Shown: positions 55,621 to 64,000 of the stretch, one piece after another | How the letters are laid out: each line of letters starts with the position of its first letter | Position numbering within the stretch: the first letter of the stretch is position 1 | Assembly: GCF_009914755.1 (NCBI RefSeq) | Contig: NC_060934.1 | Source of the DNA: the human T2T-CHM13v2.0 reference genome, Homo sapiens | DNA length: 64,000 nucleotides | Reading direction: 5' to 3' (one strand) | Notes under the pieces: generated by a model | The model's database searches: none | Told to the model about the DNA's origin: nothing | The model's input: the letters and a program-made list of their open reading frames with translations, nothing else | Position numbers and translations under genes: made by a program

Positions 55621-56589
55621 AGGCAAACTAAACTTCAAATTGTATTTAGAAATAAACTTGCCAGAACCACAGTTGTTTTCAAATAGGCTTCTAAAGAGAA
55701 AACCAGGAAAGTCAAGACCTGTGTCATAATGCTGACTAGCAAGTAAATATTTGCAATATGCATAGTGGTATGATTGATTACTAATACAAGGTTACTGAAA
55801 TGGAAAGCTGTAATGGCAGTCCAGCTTCTTTATCTTTTCTTTTCTTTCATTCATTTATTCTCTGTCTTTCACACTGACTCTCATTTCTCTTTCTCTTTTT
55901 TGCTTTCTCACTGGGTGTAGGCGTTCATTCAGTGGTAGGATGTTATTACTATTATTGGATTCTCTAAAGGTTTTATAGGCTGGGCGTGGTAGCTCACACA
56001 TGTAATCTGAACACTTTGGGAGGCCGAGGTGTGAGGATCGCTGGAGGCCAGGAGTGCCTAACCAGCTTGGGCAATATAGTGAGGCCCCATTAAAAAAAAA
56101 AAAAAATTAGTTGGGCATGCCCCTGTAGTTATGGCTACTCGGGAGGCTGAGGTGAAAGGATCGCTTGAGCCCAGGAAATTTGAGGCTGCAGTGAGCTGTG
56201 ATCACGCCATTGTACTCCAGCCTGGATGACAGAGCAAGACCCTGTTTCTTAAAGAAAGAAAGGACTTCCAGATTCATGGAAGAATTATTACAGTTAAAAT
56301 ACCAGTCAGGGTAATGGAAATTGAGGACCAGAGTTATTCAAGGATCACAGAGCAAATCAGTGTTCTACTACTGAAATCAGAGGGTAGGTCTCCTGCCTCC
56401 TTTCCTAGGGTTCCTTTTGCTAGGTCTCACAACATATTAGGCGATGCTTGTTTTCCCTACTATTTGAAAGGTGCACAGTCTATTTCCTTTCTCTCTCTCT
56501 CTCTTTTTTTTTTTTTTGCCCCTGAAGTAAAAGCAAAGACTCAATGATTTAAACCACAAAGATATGGTTGTTAAGAGTATCGGTCTTAA

Positions 56590-56991
<402 letters not shown>

Positions 56992-57249
56992 TAGATGGAA
57001 TAAAAAAAGAAGTTAGAGCCTTGTTCATAATTTTGAAGCTAGGAGCAAAACTAAAATTGGCATAGATAGAATGCTTTCCTCATATATCTATGTATCTAAG
57101 ACCATAGATAGAAAGTATATTTGTGTATGTGTGTGTGGGTATGTGTGTCTAACAGCTTTAAAAGTGCATCTGGATTGCGTTTTGAAAGGAGTTTAGCAGG
57201 TGTATTACAATCTGTAGATTATGTTGCAGAGTTTTAATTGGACTTTTAA

Positions 57250-59262
57250 AAATAAATTTTATTTTTGAACAGTTTTAGATTTACAAAAAAATGGCAAAGA
57301 TCTTACACAGAATCCCCATATATCCCTCACCTTCTTCTATTATTAACATTTTACATTACTTTGGTACATTTGTTACAATTAACAAACCAATCTTGATACA
57401 TTATTATTAACTAAAGTCCATACTGTATTCAGATTCCCTTAGTTTTTGCCTAGTGTTCTTTTTCTGTTCTTGGATTAAAGGAATTTTTATTAGCATGTTC
57501 GTTGAAATAGGAGACATTTATATGATCACCTGAAGGTTAGGCTAGTTCTGAAGTCCCTTTCAATTTCCAAGAGTCTATTTAAATGAGTACAACAGGCAAA
57601 GTTTGGACTTGTAATGTTTATATTCTCCTGTTAGGTGTTGGGAAAAAAAATTGTTACTTTATCTTATTGATAGTAATGGCTCTTCAATTGTTTCTAAATT
57701 TTAGCATCATCAATTTCAGAAAGGACAAGATGGATTTGGTTACTTCTGTCATTAAGTATCATATGCTAAATTGCTGGTGAAAATATTCTAAAGTAAATTG
57801 CCTCCTTTGGGAATGATGTGGATCAACTATCCTACGTCAATAAGTTTTTTCCCGCTGAAAGTAGTTTTGGAGTCCATACCTTCTGATGAATCTATTAATC
57901 ATTCATATTTCCCTATGAAGATTTAAAAATATTTATTCCTTAAAAGTTCATTAGTTATTTACAAAAGTTGAACACATGCATGCCCTATGACTCAGGAGTT
58001 CCATTTCTAGGTTTATACAAAACAGAATTATGTGTCTATCTATATTCACCAAAAGACCTGGACAAAAATGTTCATGGCAGGACTGATAGTCCAAACTGGA
58101 ATTTTCCAAGTGCCCATCAACAGTAGAATAAGTATATAATTTGTGACATAACCACATAATGAGTATTGAACAGTGATCAGAATGAACAGGTTACAACTAC
58201 ATATAAAAATGCATGGTTCTCACAAATAATATGATGAACAAAAGAAGCCAGACACTAACAGTGTATGATTCCATTTATATGAATTCAAAAGCAGGTAAAA
58301 CTAATCAATAGTGTCAGAAGTCAGGAGACTGATCACCTTTGTTGGGGGTTTGGGGAAAGTGTTTGACAGAGGGTATGAAGGGGGCTCCTGGGGTGCTAGT
58401 AATGTTCTGTCTCTTGGTTTAGGCATTGGTTACATGGGTGGGTTCATTTTGTGAAAAAATTATCAAGTTTATACTTTTTCATTTACATGTTATTCAGAAA
58501 GTATATACAAAAAGTATTAAAAGTATTAGCAATTCTGGAAAACACACAGCATTTCACTGTTAACATTTAAAGGATATGTAGAGAACCAGTTGAGCAAATG
58601 AACCTTTTATCTTAGAATATATGCTGTCAGAATTATAGGATTATCAAGGTACCATTATGTTACTGGAGCTGTTACAGTCTTAGTCTTATTTGTATTATAA
58701 GAAGAATAAAGTAGCTGATGTTAATAATCTGTTGTTATTGTAACCAGGTTTTTGAGATGCCCCAAAGAAGGACATCTTTTCCTTTTGGTCTGTTTTGATT
58801 CACCAAGTCAAAACGTTCAGGTATTCTTTTAGTACAGTAAAGAATGATCGGTCAAATAGTTGTGCATTTGGAATATTCATGTGTTTACGAGTGCTGGTAT
58901 GTGTTCCTTCCCACTGATTGTTACATCAGCAAGTGAGCTGTAGTCTTGGTTGTGTGTGTATTTTACATGTTCTTTTGGCTTTAAGGTATCACTTAACATA
59001 ACCAGAATGTAGAATTTTCTTCCCAAACAGAGCTCTTTTTGTGATTTTTCTTATTGTCACTTTTGGTTTTTCCAGTGACTTGAGGATAAATCACCTCAGG
59101 CATTTATCCTTTATATTACAAACATACAATTATATTCTCTTAGTTATTTTAAAATATACAATTAAATTATTATTGGCTATAGTCACCCTGTTGTGCTATA
59201 CAATTCTAGGTCTTATTCATTCTTTTAATTATTTTGTGCCCATTAACCATTGCCACTTCCCA
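57250..59262. mobile_element. Old L1M fragments: - 57250-57470, + 57960-58520, - 59090-59262
   Basis: L1M 3' motifs (TTGGTACATTTGTTACAAT; AAAAGAAGCCAGACAC...GTATGATTCCATTTATATGA; TATAGTCACCCTGTTGTGCTAT). Confidence 0.7.
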
Positions 59263-59789
59263 ATCATTTTTATTGATTGATTAGTTGATTGATTGAGATG
59301 GGAGTCTTGCCGTGTGGCACAGGCTGGTCTTGAGCTCCTGGCCTCAAGTGACCCTCCCACTTCAGCCTCCTGAGTAACTGGGACTGATTACAGGTGCAAA
59401 ATACTACGCCCATCTAATTAAATTTTTTTTTTTGGAGAGACAAGGTCTCACTAGGTTGCCCAGCTGGTCTTGCACTCCTAGCCTCAAGCAATCCTTCCAC
59501 TATGGCCTGGGATTACAGGCATGAGTCACTGTGCCTGGCCAATAATGTTTCTGATAACCAGTGACTGCTTACTAACTTTCAGGTTGTGTGACATGCCATA
59601 CATACATGATTTTATTTCATTTATTCTGTGCACCAGTCCTATAAAGTAGGTACTATAATTTCTACTGCTGAAGAAATAAAGACAGGAAGGTTCTATGTAA
59701 CTTGCTCAAGCTAGTAAGTGATGGAATTAGGAATTCAGGTATATGTCTGCATACTTCCCAGTTGTAACCTCTGTCTCCCCATGCTCCTG

Positions 59790-61070
59790 AATGCCATGAA
59801 TAGATTACTCCTTAATCACCAAGTGCATTCCCACCTTTTTCTTAGCCCTTTCACTTTGCAGATCCACTGACTATTAGGCCCTGACTTGTTCCGTTTGTTC
59901 CTTTCTCATCATCTCACTCTATCCATCCTTCAAGGCACAGCTCAAGTCCTATCTGTTCAGTGACTTCTTCCTTCTCCTTTCCAATTTATAGAATACTCCT
60001 TAGCCCTGCCACACATTTTATACTTCCATTGTGTTGAATCTATCTTTTTATATACGGATGCTTTAGTTTAAACTTCAGATTGTAACCTCCTTGAGGAAAG
60101 GGCTTGGATTACAGATTTTACTTGTATTCTCTGCAGTGTCTTATAATAGATGTTCAACAAATGTATATGTTGATCAATTGAAATGATAATAGAACCCTTA
60201 ATAGCTGAAGATATGTAACGTGCATCTAAGACTCCTGGTTATTTGAGCTTCTTGAAGTACTTTATACATCCAACTAACAGTCTTAATTCAGAACCAGGAA
60301 TGACATGTTTAGGTTAGAGTTAGATACTGATTTCTAGACAGGAAGCTTAGTAATTGTTGCTACATACTGATCCAAGTAAGAATAGTTCTTTATATCCAGA
60401 GCCTGAATGAAAGAGCCAGTGGTGAGACAGTGAGTTGATTACTTCTCACTGTTTCACCACTGGCTCTTTGGTTCATGCTAACAATGTATCTCACCTAGAT
60501 TATATTAACAGCTTTCTAATTAGTCTCCCTGCTTTTGTTCTTTCTTACCTCTGGTCGTAATTCAGCAGTGGGAATGATGACATCAGGCAGAAGGAGACTT
60601 ATTCAGTAGCTTCTGATCTCACTCAGTAAAAGACAAAGTTCTTCAAGGGGCCTACAGGTAGTGACAATAAACTGGCTCTCTGGAGGGGGAAAAGGTTCTG
60701 ATTTGTAGCATTTGCCTGTTTTACTGGTATAATTACTCCCACTCTGGCTGATTCAAAGTTCTAGAATGTACAGCAATCTGCTCCCCAGTCAATATCGGCT
60801 TCAGCACATCACTGTTGAACATTTGGCTCCCCGTCTGACTCCCATCTGCTGCCACTTTCCCTCTTGCCCACTCCATTTTGTGATACTGACCTCCTTGCTA
60901 TTCCTCAAACATGCTGAACATGCACCTACCTCATAGGATTTTTGCACTGCAGTTTTCTATCATTAGAATGCTTTTCTCCTGAATATATACAGGTTTTCTT
61001 ATTTCTTTTCCCTCTTGAGTCTCTGCTGAAATATTATATTCTCAGTAAGGTCTTCCATGATCTCCTTGCA
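59790..61070 (+). mobile_element. Degenerate L2 fragments (~59790-60190 and ~60445-61070, the latter probably split by a small hAT element at ~60655-60815)
   Basis: L2-like motifs CATCCTTCAAGGCACAGCTCAAGTC, GATTGTAACCTCCTTGAGG, TCTCACCTAGATTAT...TAGTCTCCCTGCTT, CTCCTTGCTATTCCTCAAACATGC. Confidence 0.6.
60404..60475 (+). ncRNA. MIR4676: pre-miRNA hairpin hsa-mir-4676 (5p about 60413-60433, 3p about 60447-60468)
   Basis: 25-bp stem (60410-60434 with 60445-60469, one G:U) and 10-nt loop. Arms GAGCCAGTGGTGAGACAGTGA and CACTGTTTCACCACTGGCTCTT match miR-4676-5p and -3p as I recall them. Intronic and sense to MCU. Confidence 0.9.
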
Positions 61071-61434
61071 TGAAAATTTTATTTTATTGGTTGTTCTGAG
61101 ATGATTTTAATATACACTACAGTGTTTTTGTAGTCATCTAGTGCCTTGCTGTAGTGATGCATTACTGCTATTTCTAGGCAATGTCATCTGTGGGTGGGCA
61201 TAATGGTTATATTTGCTGTTGAGACTTAAAAAGAAGCATTTCATTTTGTTTGAAACGAAAATATCTGTGATACATATAAACAAATCAGTTTGGGCCTCTT
61301 ATTGGTAATTGCAACTTGAATTACTATCCACTTAGGCTCCTTATGGGGAATGCAACAATATTTATGGTTAAGTGTACATTTGATAGTATATTGTTCTCAC
61401 AGTAACATCATTGTGGGTTTGAAGATCTGTGCTA

Positions 61435-61689
<255 letters not shown>

Positions 61690-62253
61690 TCAAAAAAAAA
61701 AAAAAAAAAAAAAAAAAAGGTACATGACTTCTTATGAACCAGATGCCACCTTTTCCCCTTAACCTCAGCTGTTTCTTTTTCTTTTCTGTTTTATTAAGGA
61801 ACTTTAACCTCCCGCTTGACTTAGTCTAGGCATAGCTAATATTACAGTGAGGTAACAAGATTGAGTTGTAGTTATTGGCACTTTTTTCTTTCTTTCTTTT
61901 TTTTTTTTTAACATGCAACTATTTTTACAAGCAAAATTCTAGTGTAACCAGAGTTGAAAACATGATAGCTATAGTTACTTTTTAAAAATTAATTTTTCAG
62001 GGGTAACTTTGACAACCCATTTTTGGGGGGAGTTTGATTTATAAGTCAAAGAAGAGAGTAGCTTGCACTGAAAGTTGCTACTTCTTCCTGTTAGATGATT
62101 AAGAAATAGAGACAAAATCTGTTTCTTTTTTATGAGGCCTTTTGTTACTTTCTTGGGTGACATTTTAAATAAAATTTGCATTATTTCTTTTCTCAAGACT
62201 ACTGGACATGGGAGAAAAAGTCCCTTTTCCTTATCAAAGCTTAATTTCCTTTA

Positions 62254-62349
<96 letters not shown>

Positions 62350-62383
62350 TCATGAGGTCAGGAGATCAAGACCATCCTGGCTA

Positions 62384-62734
<351 letters not shown>

Positions 62735-63479
62735 TCATTTTTAAAAAATTTCTTTCTATGATAAAAGTACTAAATCTTTTATCATAGAAATTGAGATGTA
62801 CAGAAAAATGGAAGAAAGAAAAAGTGCTACTCAGAGACAACCATTGTTAACATTTTTATGTATTTCCTTTTAGACATTTTTTAATGGAATTCATCTTGCT
62901 TTGATAAAAGAATAGGTCATCTTTATATACAACATAAAACCATATAACTTACCATCGAAGATGACTCAAAGAAGAAAAAAACCCATGTAACTATATTTTG
63001 CTTTTTTTGCTCAGCATTATACCAAATATTTAACAAACTTGTCATACACATTTAATGGCAGCATAATATTCCAGAGTGGCTGTATCAGTATTTGTGCTTG
63101 CAACGTGCTTTTCAAAATATATATATTTTTTGGTAGCACATTTGAGGATTTTAAAGGTAAACATTCTTTCCTCGTTTTCACCTGATGACTTTTGTAGTTT
63201 GTTGCTCTGCAGATAGAATAGGTTACCGCCCTCACCATGTTCTTTTACACTCACAAGTAACAGCCACAAATTTTAATAATGTTATTCAGAACATCTTTAA
63301 AAGTCCATCTGTTTCAGATGGTATCTTCGAGAACGTTTAACACAAACTGTCAGATTCTTCTAAGGTCATTGGAAAGCCCATCCTTTTGTCTCTAGATTTG
63401 CTCATCAAGAATATTAAGAAATAGCTTGTGATTCTTTAATATAGTTATGTAGATATACTATATTTTTAAAAAATCAATT

Positions 63480-63920
63480 CCCTATTACACATGTATGTTG
63501 TTTCCAGTCTTTTGCAGTTATTTGCATTGCTATGGTGAATAACCTTGTGCATTCATCATTGCTTGTGTATGAGTTTATAGAATGTATTCCTTGAAGTAGA
63601 AGGTATCAGAATTACTCTCTGCTTACATCTTTGCCAATACAATGTGGTACTAAACTTTCTGACTGGTGAAAAAATGGTATCTCAATGAAGCTTTAATATG
63701 TTTTTCTCGTATAAGTGAAGTGAGATTCTTCTAAAAGTACTGTCTTTCCCTTTGCTGTGAACTAAAACTCATGTTCCTTAACTCTCATAGAGATGTTGGT
63801 CTTTTTCTTTGTAATTTGTGGGAGTTCTTTGTATATTAGGGAAACTAATCCTTTGTGATTTTAACTGCATTTCTACCACCACCCCCTCCCCCACAAGTTT
63901 GTCACTTTTTAACATTTTAA
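63480..63920 (-). mobile_element. Old L1ME-like fragment
   Basis: GTTGTTTCCAGTCTTTTGC, GGTGAAAAAATGGTATCTCA, TTTGTGGGAGTTCTTTGTATATT. Confidence 0.6.
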
Positions 63921-64000
63921 GTCCTTTAAGTCTGAATCTGGACATTCAACTCTTAGGCACATTTAAAGGGCTGTATTATATATGAAAGTAGGGAACTACC

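Overview
Human (primate) genomic DNA, about 80 Alu elements or fragments by manual count, centred on the CpG-island promoter and first coding exon of MCU (mitochondrial calcium uniporter, CCDC109A; + strand; ATG at 31516, exon 1 coding part 31516-31665, donor GTGAGC at 31666). Positions 1-31.4 kb are repeat-rich upstream sequence: Alus, a 1.6-kb L1PA 3' fragment, an MST LTR, MER6, MIR and L2. Positions 31.7-64 kb are the start of MCU intron 1, which holds the MIR4676 hairpin (60404-60475) and a 3'-truncated U3 snoRNA retrocopy (35766-35831). Nearly all ORFs in the supplied track are Alu- or L1-derived or GC-rich shadows. The most interesting signals are: a candidate ATG-only alternative first exon (ATG|GTAAGT at 32428-32436) that would remove the N-terminal 50 aa presequence region; two candidate stop-introducing cassette exons at 54.5-55.3 kb; a series of CRE-type motifs upstream; a TISU/YY1-like start with a 9-nt leader; an old non-Alu inverted duplication with a template-switch-like junction; a 30-nt Alu 5' stub with poly(A) and a perfect 16-bp TSD; and an apparent L2 fold-back origin for miR-4676. 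I see no evidence of a wholly new multi-gene system. Repeat names and boundaries are by eye and approximate.
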